A program made the position numbers and the translations under genes. Below are positions 28,195 through 36,578 of a stretch of 64,000 nt of DNA, piece by piece (position 1 is the first letter of the stretch; every line of letters begins with the position of its first letter). Origin of the DNA: a virus (Duplodnaviria > Heunggongvirae > Uroviricota > Caudoviricetes). Below the pieces are notes generated by a model. The model did no database searches. It had not been told where the DNA came from and worked only from the letters and a program-made list of their open reading frames with translations. The stretch lies in IMG/VR virus record IMGVR_UViG_3300037466_002980, positions 96,001-160,000 of that record; one strand, 5' to 3'.

Positions 28195-30334
28195 TTTGTT
28201 TCTCCTGTTTATCAATTAGGTTGATGTAATCTACCATTTTTATATCCGGTGCACCAGTTATATATTCAATCATTGGATATCTGGTCTTAATTTTTGATGC
28301 AGCATTCTTTAATTTTTCTCTCACATCGCCAATTACAATTTGATTTCCAAATCTTTTACAAATAGTAAGTAATACTCCAGATTTAATGTTTTTCTCTATT
28401 TTCTTCTTCTTAAAAATCTTAGATTGCTCCAAAAATGGAGAATCTATCGATAACTTTGTAATTGATGTTGATTCAACTATAGCTTTAACGTTATTATAAA
28501 ACTTATCATATGTACTGTCAATATTTTCTGAAATCATCATTTGTTCTATATAATCCGAAGAAATCTTTGAAACAATTTCTTTCGCTTTAGTTTCAAAGGG
28601 GATCCAATTCGGAAGATCTTTAATCTCTTTTATCTTACCTTTACGAACACCCCAAATTTGAATTTCAGACAACTCCTTATAACCACTGGAATCAAGATCA
28701 GCCTTGATCCCAAATACATCCATAGAACTACCGTCTAGATATGATGCTTCGAAATTACTTAATTCGATATAATAATAAATAGTCTTATCATCGATAACAA
28801 AATTATCAATGGTCCAGGTATAATCTTCCCGATTAATATATCGAGAAGTTCCTTTTCTATCTAATTTAAGAATTCCATTAGCAGTAGGTGTCTTTTTCTT
28901 GGGTTCAGGTTTTTCTAACGAAGAAGCTTTCACAATCACCGGAGGATTATGAAGTTCCTTTAGGAAGGAATTAACACATCTTTCTTGATCTTCTGGTAAG
29001 GTAGCAGTGCTGGAAATACAATAAATATTTCCTCTAAAATCAGTCATCTGTTGATAATGATATTTGGCTCTATTTCCACAACCAGTTTTTAAATCATTGA
29101 TGACAAAAACCGTTGGCAATTGAACTTGTATGGAACGATACATAATATTCGTTCCTTTCTGCCAATCGTGTTCTTTATCCATTGTAAGATTATACGATTG
29201 GTGCGGGGAAACATACAATCCGGTAATTTCCAGGCCACGCTTCTCAAGTTCCTCTTTAGAGAACTTAAAAATCTTCTGGCCGTGATATTTTGTAATATCG
29301 ATTAATTCAAATTTGGTATTTGTAACATAGGCGGTAACCGCTGCCGACCACAAATGAGAACCGTATCGTACCGAAAGAAATTCTGCACGAGCCCATTCAT
29401 TTTGAATTTTATCAGCTTCGTTTGCCAATACAGAAACAAGATTGTTATTAATTGCTTCAAGCTTCGTTTTGATATTATTAATAGTCAGTGGAACATAACT
29501 AAGTTCTTCTCTAGAAGCTGCAAAGTCCAATTCACCGATATTGAATTCTATAACCAATCCGCAGTCTAAAAGTTTTTCTAAATTCCCGAAATGTTTCTTA
29601 GCTTCGGGAACATTCAAGAGATAGCAGATATTACCCATAATTGCATAGGAGTCATATCCATCGATTGAGTGGACACCGGGAACAATATCTCGATCCCGAT
29701 ATTTAACATCTTTAATCTCGATAATTTTTCCAGTAATTTTTGGTCTTAATTTAAACCACTGAAAAACCTCCTGAGCATAGTGCTCAAAAGAATGATAATC
29801 ATATTGATTTACTACACTAAATTTAACTTCTACACCATTTTCCTCATCGGTATCGGTTTCACTCATTCTGGCAACCGACGGAACACCATTTTGGTTAATG
29901 AAAGCAGTATAAATTCTTTTCTTACCGTCCTTAACAGCAGTAACGGTAAAATTTTCAGTGTAACTAAAGGGGGACTTAGAACCCAAACCAAGTGCTCCAA
30001 TAAAATCATTGGAATTTGTTTTGGTAGATTCAAAATAAGTGGTATAAATGTTTGTAACCTGATCGTGATCAAGACCAATACCAAAATCACGAACGGAGAA
30101 CCAAGGCTCTAATACAAAAGGAAGATGAACTTCAAAAGGAACATCACCTTTTCCTGCAGCAACATGACTATCAACTGCATTACAAGATAATTCACGAATG
30201 ATAGCTTTAATCTTATTAGAATAAAGTCCATCTGATAGAATCTTGAATGCTTTTGCAGAATTTCTAATACGAAATTCGCCAACATTAGAAACATTATTTA
30301 ATGTAACTTCCTGTGTATCGACTTCAAGCTTCAT
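28187..30334 (-). CDS. rIIA: rIIA protein (GHKL ATPase)
   Basis: LYSNKIKAIIRELSCNAVDSH, VRDFGIG, GALGLGSKSPFSY; upstream of rIIB. Confidence 0.92.
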   Translation of the reverse strand: MKLEVDTQEVTLNNVSNVGEFRIRNSAKAFKILSDGLYSNKIKAIIRELSCNAVDSHVAAGKGDVPFEVHLPFVLEPWFSVRDFGIGLDHDQVTNIYTTYFESTKTNSNDFIGALGLGSKSPFSYTENFTVTAVKDGKKRIYTAFINQNGVPSVARMSETDTDEENGVEVKFSVVNQYDYHSFEHYAQEVFQWFKLRPKITGKIIEIKDVKYRDRDIVPGVHSIDGYDSYAIMGNICYLLNVPEAKKHFGNLEKLLDCGLVIEFNIGELDFAASREELSYVPLTINNIKTKLEAINNNLVSVLANEADKIQNEWARAEFLSVRYGSHLWSAAVTAYVTNTKFELIDITKYHGQKIFKFSKEELEKRGLEITGLYVSPHQSYNLTMDKEHDWQKGTNIMYRSIQVQLPTVFVINDLKTGCGNRAKYHYQQMTDFRGNIYCISSTATLPEDQERCVNSFLKELHNPPVIVKASSLEKPEPKKKTPTANGILKLDRKGTSRYINREDYTWTIDNFVIDDKTIYYYIELSNFEASYLDGSSMDVFGIKADLDSSGYKELSEIQIWGVRKGKIKEIKDLPNWIPFETKAKEIVSKISSDYIEQMMISENIDSTYDKFYNNVKAIVESTSITKLSIDSPFLEQSKIFKKKKIEKNIKSGVLLTICKRFGNQIVIGDVREKLKNAASKIKTRYPMIEYITGAPDIKMVDYINLIDKQEKQND

Positions 30335-30361
30335 TTTACATTTTGTCCTGTTAATGACGCA

Positions 30362-30390
30362 ATTATATATACATCGCTAATTTGCGTCAA
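30362..30390 (-). promoter_or_regulatory. Sigma70-type promoter of rIIA
   Basis: TTGACG-N17-TATAAT, enclosed in TGACGCAA/TTGCGTCA inverted repeat. Confidence 0.75.
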
Positions 30391-30399
30391 GGTACGATT

Positions 30400-31227
30400 T
30401 TAAAAATCCTCCCAGATATCATACGCGCGAGAATATTTTCCTTTAATATTTCTTACAGTATTGTAATGTATTCCATATTTTTCCGCTATTTCTGAATTAG
30501 TTCCTTCTTCATTGAATATTTCTTCTATCATATCCCTTGTTAATCCATACCTCTTTACCTGCCCTGGTGTTCCGAGTTTTGAGGTTATTTTTTTAAATGA
30601 TTTTTTATTTTTAATACTCTTAACCACAATTGGTGTTATCTTATATTTTTCCCAAAAATAAGAATAATCTCCCGAATCATAAAAGACTTCTTTAATTAAA
30701 TCTATCGGTAATGGAAATCCACCTCCCTTCTTAAATAAATCTTCATCTGAACATCCTGGTAATTCTTTTATATCTTTAGTAATATTTGTATAATAAATCT
30801 TCCTTTTGATTGTGATAATATTATATCTTGTGACATTATATTTTTTAGAGAGATTATCGATTGTATCATTTGAATGATAAATTTCTAATACCTGATTATT
30901 TGTAAATTTAGAACTTGGATTATTTTCTCCAGAAATTGAATGGGAATATCTTTTTCTTAACCAACCATACCATTTATTCCTTAAATTTTTGGAACTACCG
31001 GTACACATTCTCTGAACCGCTATAATCAACCCTCTGTGCCCGGGATACATTTTTACCAATAACTGGTGTGCAACAAAATGTTCCTCTGGTGTTAATTCAA
31101 CAATATTTAAAGGGCTATCGGATCCTCCTAAACATTTTGGAATTATATGATGTTTTACTTTATAACCTTCGATTTTTCTACTTTTTGCCCTCTCAGTTAA
31201 TGTTTCATAATGTTTAAAATAATTCAT
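30400..31227 (-). CDS. HNH homing endonuclease (MobE-like) with repeated HTH domains
   Basis: HHIIPKCLGGSD..N.V.LTPEEHFVAHQLL; three IY/IF...KYxI...I..IK repeats. Confidence 0.85.
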   Translation of the reverse strand: MNYFKHYETLTERAKSRKIEGYKVKHHIIPKCLGGSDSPLNIVELTPEEHFVAHQLLVKMYPGHRGLIIAVQRMCTGSSKNLRNKWYGWLRKRYSHSISGENNPSSKFTNNQVLEIYHSNDTIDNLSKKYNVTRYNIITIKRKIYYTNITKDIKELPGCSDEDLFKKGGGFPLPIDLIKEVFYDSGDYSYFWEKYKITPIVVKSIKNKKSFKKITSKLGTPGQVKRYGLTRDMIEEIFNEEGTNSEIAEKYGIHYNTVRNIKGKYSRAYDIWEDF

Positions 31228-31329
31228 ATTTTACGTCCTATTAAGAATGTTTCCTTGTATATTTATATCTAAATAGATAAATATTCTTATAAATTCATAA
31301 GGGATATTTTATATCCGCAGGAGGTCATT

Positions 31330-32211
31330 ATAGGAAAACCCATAAAAAAATCATGGTTTGGCTCACCAGTAACAGCCGGAAGTGGACACATCAAAGTAAA
31401 CGGAGTTAAGTTTGCCGATGGTACTACTTCAACAAATGCATATATTGTTAAACAGGTAGGATCTACCGCTTATATTGTTCAGGACGTAGCCCAAACTCAT
31501 GCTGCTGAAATTGTTTTTATGGTAAATGCATCTTCGACAGGTGCATTACAGGCTGGACAATGTTTCATTCTTGCAACACCGTATGGCGGATCGGCACTTC
31601 CATGTGAAAAAATTACACAATTCCGTCTTAGCACATATGAAACTAATGGTACAATTGGAAACTATAGTTGGTCTACAAGACCACCAACAGCAACCGGCGA
31701 AGCAAATCTAGTTGCCGGTAATGGAAGTATCTTATCTGTTACATTATTAACAGCCGGTTTTGGATACTTTACTGCACCAGCCGTGAGCTTCACAGGTGGT
31801 GGCTCTGGTGCAACAGCAACAGCAACCGTTTCTGGTGGTGTAGTGACAGGTCTTACCTTAACTGCTGCTGGAACTGGATATACATCCGGTGGAATGACAA
31901 TTGCTGCACCTCCAGCATTTGTAACAGCATCAACTGGATCAAATACCGTAACTGTTAACGGCGGCGGTACAATTACAGCCGCTCCAGCTATTGTAACAGG
32001 CGGCGGATATTATTCTGCTCCACCAACGGTAACTGTTGTTACATCAACTGGTTCCGGTGCTAATATTCAAGCAGTATTGACAAACGGTGCCGTTACCGGT
32101 TTTAATATTGTAAGTGGTGGAACAAGTTATGCAGGTACAGATACATTTACATTATCTGCACCAACTGGTTCTGTTTCTACAGCAACAGCTTCCGCAACAT
32201 ATTTCGCTTAA
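31330..32211 (+). CDS. Gly/Thr-rich virion structural protein, probable AUA start
   Basis: Frame open 63 codons upstream of track ATG (31519); late motif 31276, GGAGGT SD, then ATA GGA AAA CCC; repeated GxGYxxAPxV motifs. Confidence 0.75.
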   Translation: MGKPIKKSWFGSPVTAGSGHIKVNGVKFADGTTSTNAYIVKQVGSTAYIVQDVAQTHAAEIVFMVNASSTGALQAGQCFILATPYGGSALPCEKITQFRLSTYETNGTIGNYSWSTRPPTATGEANLVAGNGSILSVTLLTAGFGYFTAPAVSFTGGGSGATATATVSGGVVTGLTLTAAGTGYTSGGMTIAAPPAFVTASTGSNTVTVNGGGTITAAPAIVTGGGYYSAPPTVTVVTSTGSGANIQAVLTNGAVTGFNIVSGGTSYAGTDTFTLSAPTGSVSTATASATYFA

Positions 32212-32230
32212 TCGAAATTTTGTGGACAAT

Positions 32231-32256
32231 AAAAAAGGGGCAATTGCCCCTTTTTT
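32231..32256. terminator. Bidirectional terminator between convergent genes
   Basis: AAAAAAGGGGCAATTGCCCCTTTTTT perfect palindrome. Confidence 0.9.
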
Positions 32257-32262
32257 GTTTAT

Positions 32263-32562
32263 CTACGTGTCTTTTAATATTTTCCGAAGGATAAATTCAT
32301 CAAACTTACTATAGGTATTTAATTTCTTCTCTAACCTAATCATGAGATCGAAATCAATGTCTTTACATCTTGCTTCCTCTTGAACCTTAACTAAAATGCC
32401 TTTCAAAAGAAAGGCAGTGTATTCAAGATCATCATGAAATGTAATTGTTACACCTTGTCCATTATCAGATACACATACCGAAGAATTTCTGAAACCGTTG
32501 GTTGCAAGAACATATTCAAGTGCTAAAATTTCTTTTGGTGATACAGAAAATTCTTTCTTCAT
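32263..32562 (-). CDS. Hypothetical protein
   Basis: Start moved to MKKEFSV to avoid tRNA overlap. Confidence 0.6.
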   Translation of the reverse strand: MKKEFSVSPKEILALEYVLATNGFRNSSVCVSDNGQGVTITFHDDLEYTAFLLKGILVKVQEEARCKDIDFDLMIRLEKKLNTYSKFDEFILRKILKDT

Positions 32563-32573
32563 AATAATACCTA

Positions 32574-32648
32574 TGGCATCGCTAGCGGGAATTGAACCCA
32601 CATCTGAGTTTTAGGAGAACCCTATTCTATCCGTTGAACTATAGCGAT
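32574..32648 (-). tRNA. tRNA-Arg(CCT)
   Basis: ATCGCTA/TAGCGAT acceptor, loop CTCCTAA, TTCAATT T-loop, CCA. Confidence 0.9.
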
Positions 32649-32652
32649 AAAA

Positions 32653-32823
32653 TTATCTCTTTCGAGAAAAATCATTCTCTCGAAATCTTTCTTTATCCCA
32701 ATATTTTCTTTTTTCGTCTCTTCTTTCTTTTCTATAATGACGTTCAAATCTCTTTCTTTCTTCGTATTCATCTTCTACGTCATCATTATATTCGTATTCG
32801 TCATACGTATATCTTTTATTCAT
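32653..32823 (-). CDS. 56-aa highly charged peptide (missed by ORF track)
   Basis: MNKRYTYDEYEYNDDVEDEYEERKRFERHYRKERRDEKRKYWDKERFRENDFSRKR. Confidence 0.65.
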   Translation of the reverse strand: MNKRYTYDEYEYNDDVEDEYEERKRFERHYRKERRDEKRKYWDKERFRENDFSRKR

Positions 32824-32824
32824 A

Positions 32825-33064
32825 TCACACCTGAATTTTATTTAACTCCTGTTGTAATCCGGAAAATCCACCCGGAATATATCTTCCATCTAAGAAAATT
32901 TGAGGTACTGTCTTTACCTTACTATTAATTCTCTCTTCAAGCAATTTTAAGGTAGAACCTGTATCTACGTCAAAATATTCATATTGAATGTTTCTAGATT
33001 TGCATAAAGAAATAGCTTGCTTACAATAGGCACACCATTCGGCGCCGTAAATTTCAATCTTCAT
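32825..33064 (-). CDS. Glutaredoxin
   Basis: WCAYC, TVPQIF, IPGG. Confidence 0.92.
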   Translation of the reverse strand: MKIEIYGAEWCAYCKQAISLCKSRNIQYEYFDVDTGSTLKLLEERINSKVKTVPQIFLDGRYIPGGFSGLQQELNKIQV

Positions 33065-33125
33065 AGTGTCTCTCCATTGGAATTATTACTTATCATGTTT
33101 GTTATAGAAATAAAACATAGAGAGA

Positions 33126-33338
33126 TCATTCTATAATATTCATAAATTCTAAAGTACCATCGGGTAATTCGAATAATCCGATAGTGCTTATTTTTCTGTT
33201 TGAAAAAGGATTATTCTTTGGCATTTCATTGACTTTCATTACAATAACATTCTTTCTATATGTTTCTGTAATTCTAATTATTGTGCCTTTGAATCCTTTA
33301 AAATTTAGGGTGTTCCCTTCTTTGAAATATGATGCCAT
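33126..33338 (-). CDS. Hypothetical protein
   Basis: 70-aa ORF after tRNA pair. Confidence 0.55.
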   Translation of the reverse strand: MASYFKEGNTLNFKGFKGTIIRITETYRKNVIVMKVNEMPKNNPFSNRKISTIGLFELPDGTLEFMNIIE

Positions 33339-33353
33339 GTTGTTTCTCTAAAA

Positions 33354-33428
33354 TGGAGGAACCAATGAGAATCAAACTCATATCTGCCGATTCGGACTCG
33401 ACGATTCTTTTCGTTGAACTATGGTTCC
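33354..33428 (-). tRNA. tRNA-Arg(CCG), atypical (G32, TTTGATT T-loop)
   Basis: GGAACCA/TGGTTCC, GTCGA-GTCCGAA-TCGGC, CCA. Confidence 0.75.
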
Positions 33429-33429
33429 A

Positions 33430-33512
33430 TGGTGCCGAAAGTGAGACTCGAACTCACGAAGATTACTCGGTTGCTTACGAAACAACTGCAATTGCCACTA
33501 TGCGATTTCGGC
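33430..33512 (-). tRNA. tRNA-Thr(CGT) with enlarged variable region
   Basis: GCCGAAA/TTTCGGC, loop TTCGTAA, 12-nt variable region, CCA. Confidence 0.85.
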
Positions 33513-33522
33513 TCTGTTTTAT

Positions 33523-33771
33523 TTATTGTTTCTGCGAAGGATAAACTATTGTATCGAGATCTACAACGTCTTTTCCTAGTGCATCGCGAAATTTATCTAA
33601 CGCCCATTTCAAATCCTCAAGACTTTCAAATTCCATCTTAACAGGATTCTCAGTTTGTCCTTCAATTTCGCCCTTTAAATTATAATATACTTCTTTTATC
33701 GAATATAATGTAGTTTCTTCATCTTCATTATATTTTACAGTTTCTTTACAAACTCTATAATTCCAAGACAT
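33523..33771 (-). CDS. Hypothetical phage protein (MxWNYRV type)
   Basis: SWNYRV, IKEVYY, ESLEDL. Confidence 0.75.
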   Translation of the reverse strand: MSWNYRVCKETVKYNEDEETTLYSIKEVYYNLKGEIEGQTENPVKMEFESLEDLKWALDKFRDALGKDVVDLDTIVYPSQKQ

Positions 33772-33921
33772 TACGATACCTTCATTAATTCAATGTGTAC
33801 TTGCAATAATCTTTCAAATTCTGATTTTGAAATTTTATTATCTCGAATTCCATTATATAAGAATTTAATTCTTCCGCTTTCATCCATAAACTTAAAATTA
33901 GGAAATTTTTCAATATCTTTA

Positions 33922-34410
33922 TCATTCATTTGGAAATTCCTTTAAAATTCGTTCTCTAACCTTCATTAAAACAATTCCTAAACGATTTTCACCTTTCCAG
34001 GTTGCCATATCGTGTGCTCTCGGGTCTTCTTCGGCAAGGCCGATTCCCCAGATATCATCGACTGGACTAGCTTCCACAATAATTGTATCTCCAGTTGCCA
34101 ATAATGCAGACTTAGGGATTTCATTCTGAATAAACTTTTGATATAATCCGTCAACCATTATATCAATATTTTCTCGATCCCATTCTTCTCTATTAAAATT
34201 TCTTACTTGTCTTCCAAGAGATTTCTGCACACTTGGATCAGTAGTTTCTAAAATCAATTGAGCAACTTCTGTATCATTAAAAAGCATAGCCTTTCGATAC
34301 ATCATGTATTGTTCACCACAAGAGAATGTAATTTCATTCCATGTGAATTTGCTAGGATACCAATTGGAGAAAGGACTTCTATTTCTCCAGAAAAATGTAA
34401 ATTTTGACAT
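33922..34410 (-). CDS. NADAR (YbiA-like) family protein
   Basis: FSNWYPS, EQYMMYRKA.LF.D, VEASPVDDIWGIG, GENRLG..LMKVRE. Confidence 0.92.
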   Translation of the reverse strand: MSKFTFFWRNRSPFSNWYPSKFTWNEITFSCGEQYMMYRKAMLFNDTEVAQLILETTDPSVQKSLGRQVRNFNREEWDRENIDIMVDGLYQKFIQNEIPKSALLATGDTIIVEASPVDDIWGIGLAEEDPRAHDMATWKGENRLGIVLMKVRERILKEFPNE

Positions 34411-34425
34411 GATTTTATTTTAAGT

Positions 34426-34502
34426 TGGTCCGGATGGCAGGATTCAAACCCACATCGTTCACTTTAGAAGAGTGATGCCTTGTTCAATTAGACCACACCC
34501 GG
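34426..34502 (-). tRNA. tRNA-Arg(TCT)
   Basis: CCGGGTG/CATCCGG, TCACT-CTTCTAA-AGTGA, CCA. Confidence 0.85.
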
Positions 34503-34510
34503 ATTGATTT

Positions 34511-34600
34511 TTAATTTTTAGATTGTTTACGCCAGGCAAATGCTGCGCCAATAAGTCCCGGAAGGACAACAAAAACAAGAACTGAAACGAAAATTTCCAT
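34511..34600 (-). CDS. 29-aa single-TM peptide
   Basis: MEIFVSVLVFVVLPGLIGAAFAWRKQSKN with AAGGA SD. Confidence 0.6.
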   Translation of the reverse strand: MEIFVSVLVFVVLPGLIGAAFAWRKQSKN

Positions 34601-34641
34601 TATTTTTCCTTTGTGTGAATTTGGTAGGTAATTTCAATAAT

Positions 34642-34716
34642 TGGTGCGTCTGGAAAGGATCGAACTTTCTGCCCTTACTATGTCAAAGTAATGCTCTTCC
34701 AATGAGCTACAGACGC
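34642..34716 (-). tRNA. tRNA-Val(GAC)
   Basis: GCGTCTG/CAGACGC, loop TTGACAT, CCA. Confidence 0.9.
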
Positions 34717-35099
34717 TAAATTCTTTTCTTATTGCCCCATGTGGGTGTCATTCTATGACAATTTGGACATAAAAATCTCCAATTTGATGGTAACTCATTA
34801 TTGTTATTACCATCAATATGATCTATATCTAAGATAAGTTTTTCACCCAACCATTCTGATATATTGCAGATCGAACATTTATAACCATCTCTTTTTTCGA
34901 GAAATTTAGAAACTATTGGTTTATTTGCCTTTGAAGAAATTTTACCTTCAAGTATTGCTGGTAATGTTATGGTTTCATACCTGTATTTCCATTGACAAAT
35001 ATTATTACAATATTTATTTTTACCTCCCCGGCACCAATCATTGTTCTTACCACATGCTAGACAGGAATATTGCCTTTTTCCCTTATAACCACTCGGCAT
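34716..35099 (-). CDS. HNH endonuclease
   Basis: CSIC, LDIDHIDGNNNN..PSNWRFLCPNCH; N-terminal Cys cluster. Confidence 0.9.
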   Translation of the reverse strand: MPSGYKGKRQYSCLACGKNNDWCRGGKNKYCNNICQWKYRYETITLPAILEGKISSKANKPIVSKFLEKRDGYKCSICNISEWLGEKLILDIDHIDGNNNNELPSNWRFLCPNCHRMTPTWGNKKRI

Positions 35100-35100
35100 A

Positions 35101-35331
35101 TTATCTAATTCTTGTTATTAAATATCTATCTTTAATGTTATTGTGATAAAAATGCCCCGGAGATCTATCTTTACTCCATTTTTCAAATGTTGTTCTAGTT
35201 ATTCCTTTTATTGAATAAACCTTACCATTTGATAAACACATAGTAAGAATTTTATTCGGACGATTATAGATGAGGTCAGTTATCCAGGTTGATTCAACTG
35301 GTTTCTCTCCTAGGAATTCCACTGCTCTCAT
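35101..35331 (-). CDS. KTSC-domain protein
   Basis: PVESTWI..L.Y....L...L.NG.VY...GI, SPGHFYHNNIKDRY. Confidence 0.8.
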   Translation of the reverse strand: MRAVEFLGEKPVESTWITDLIYNRPNKILTMCLSNGKVYSIKGITRTTFEKWSKDRSPGHFYHNNIKDRYLITRIR

Positions 35332-35806
35332 TTCTTATATATTCAATAAATTTAAAGTTATAAGGTGTTGTACCACCTTCGGTAACTGTATTTACCTTCC
35401 ATATGTTCTTATCTATCTTCGGAAAGTATGCATCAGCCATTGCTTCTGCATCAATTTCTGTGATAATTAGCTTATCAGCATATTCTATAGTCTGTTCATA
35501 AATCGACGAACCACCAATTACAACTATTTCATTATAACAATGTTCGATAGATAAAGCTGATTCAATATTTTCAGCACGTATTACACCATGCCCGAGCAAT
35601 TCTTTTCGGCTTACTACCACACTTCGTCTTCCAGATAATGGTTTTCCAATACTTTCGAAAGTATTTCTACCCATTACTATCACTTTACCCATAGTGTAGG
35701 TTTTAAAATGTTGCATATCTTCGGGAATTTTCCAAAGTAATTTATTGGCAAATCCTATTTCGTTATTTCTACCTATGGCAGCAATGAGTGTAATCATTTT
35801 GGCCAC
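35294..35806 (-). CDS. Dihydrofolate reductase
   Basis: IGFANKLLWKIPEDMQHFK, VIVMGRNTFESIGKPL.GR, VIGG..IY, DAYFP. Confidence 0.95.
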   Translation of the reverse strand: MAKMITLIAAIGRNNEIGFANKLLWKIPEDMQHFKTYTMGKVIVMGRNTFESIGKPLSGRRSVVVSRKELLGHGVIRAENIESALSIEHCYNEIVVIGGSSIYEQTIEYADKLIITEIDAEAMADAYFPKIDKNIWKVNTVTEGGTTPYNFKFIEYIRNESSGIPRRETS

Positions 35807-35991
35807 CTATCATTTTTAATAGAATCGGATTTTAAATGACTAAGAACCATTTTCTTAACAGGTCCTAATCTTTCTATAAATTCACCGGGTTTTGCATTTC
35901 TAGTACCATGTAACATTCGATGGATGTTAGCATCTTCTACTAACTTTCTCAATATATCACATGCATCTTTTTGAATAGATTTGTTTTTCAT
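35794..35991 (-). CDS. Hypothetical protein
   Basis: Start moved to MKNKSIQK, just after tRNA-Ser. Confidence 0.5.
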   Translation of the reverse strand: MKNKSIQKDACDILRKLVEDANIHRMLHGTRNAKPGEFIERLGPVKKMVLSHLKSDSIKNDRWPK

Positions 35992-35997
35992 AAAATC

Positions 35998-36088
35998 TGG
36001 CGGAAACGGGGAGAGTCGAACTCCCAAGGCGCTATTAACACTCGGCTGTTTTCAAGACAGTTTTCGTCACCAATCGATTTGCATTTCC
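35998..36088 (-). tRNA. tRNA-Ser(TGA)
   Basis: GGAAATG/CGTTTCC, loop CTTGAAA, long variable arm, G73-CCA. Confidence 0.9.
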
Positions 36089-36164
36089 TAAAAATTCAGA
36101 GCTGGTGCGCTCCCTTCTTACGGGTCATCTAATCCTTTTGAATTAGAAAAGCATCTCTGTTAAA

Positions 36165-36264
36165 TGGTATCCCCACTGGGGTTCGAACCCAGAACGTGCG
36201 CTAATCTGGCGCCACGAAGTGCCACTTTATAAGAGTGGTGTTTTACCAATTAAACTACAGGGAC
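36165..36264 (-). tRNA. tRNA-Ile(TAT) with 29-nt extra arm
   Basis: CCACT-CTTATAA-AGTGG, CTGGG-TTCGAAC-CCCAG, A73-CCA. Confidence 0.8.
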
Positions 36265-36272
36265 AATTAAGA

Positions 36273-36374
36273 TTATTCTTTTGTAGGAAGAACCTTATCT
36301 TTGATTACTCCCCAAAGTTTCATCCAAAATGGGGAAAATATTGCACCAACTATAATACCAAAAATAAAATCCAT
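36273..36374 (-). CDS. 33-aa membrane peptide
   Basis: MDFIFGIIVGAIFSPFWMKLWGVIKDKVLPTKE with GAGG SD. Confidence 0.6.
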   Translation of the reverse strand: MDFIFGIIVGAIFSPFWMKLWGVIKDKVLPTKE

Positions 36375-36384
36375 ATTTTACCTC

Positions 36385-36546
36385 TTATTTAGGTAGCTGA
36401 CCTGGTGTTGTATTAGTAGCTTTTGTTGGTTCCTCACTTACGGTCTGTGACGGACCTGGAACTACATTACCACTATTCTTAGTCTTCTTTACAATAAAAT
36501 AAACAACCACAGCAATTAAAACTACCACTACACCTGATGTTAACAT
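36385..36546 (-). CDS. 53-aa single-TM peptide
   Basis: MLTSGVVVVLIAVVVYFIVKK...; AGGAG SD and late motif at 36569. Confidence 0.65.
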   Translation of the reverse strand: MLTSGVVVVLIAVVVYFIVKKTKNSGNVVPGPSQTVSEEPTKATNTTPGQLPK

Positions 36547-36578
36547 AACTTTCTCCTAATTAGAATTATATTTATCTC

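Noticed and set aside
33329-33641. Plus-strand ORFs over tRNA genes (also 55229, 57240, 61340) and ORF 5' extensions into tRNAs
   Set aside because: Overlap clear cloverleaf tRNAs; starts were trimmed accordingly
36097-36159. Hammerhead or theta ribozyme call
   Set aside because: No CUGAUGA/GAAA core or HDV nested pseudoknot could be fitted by eye; left as an unknown element
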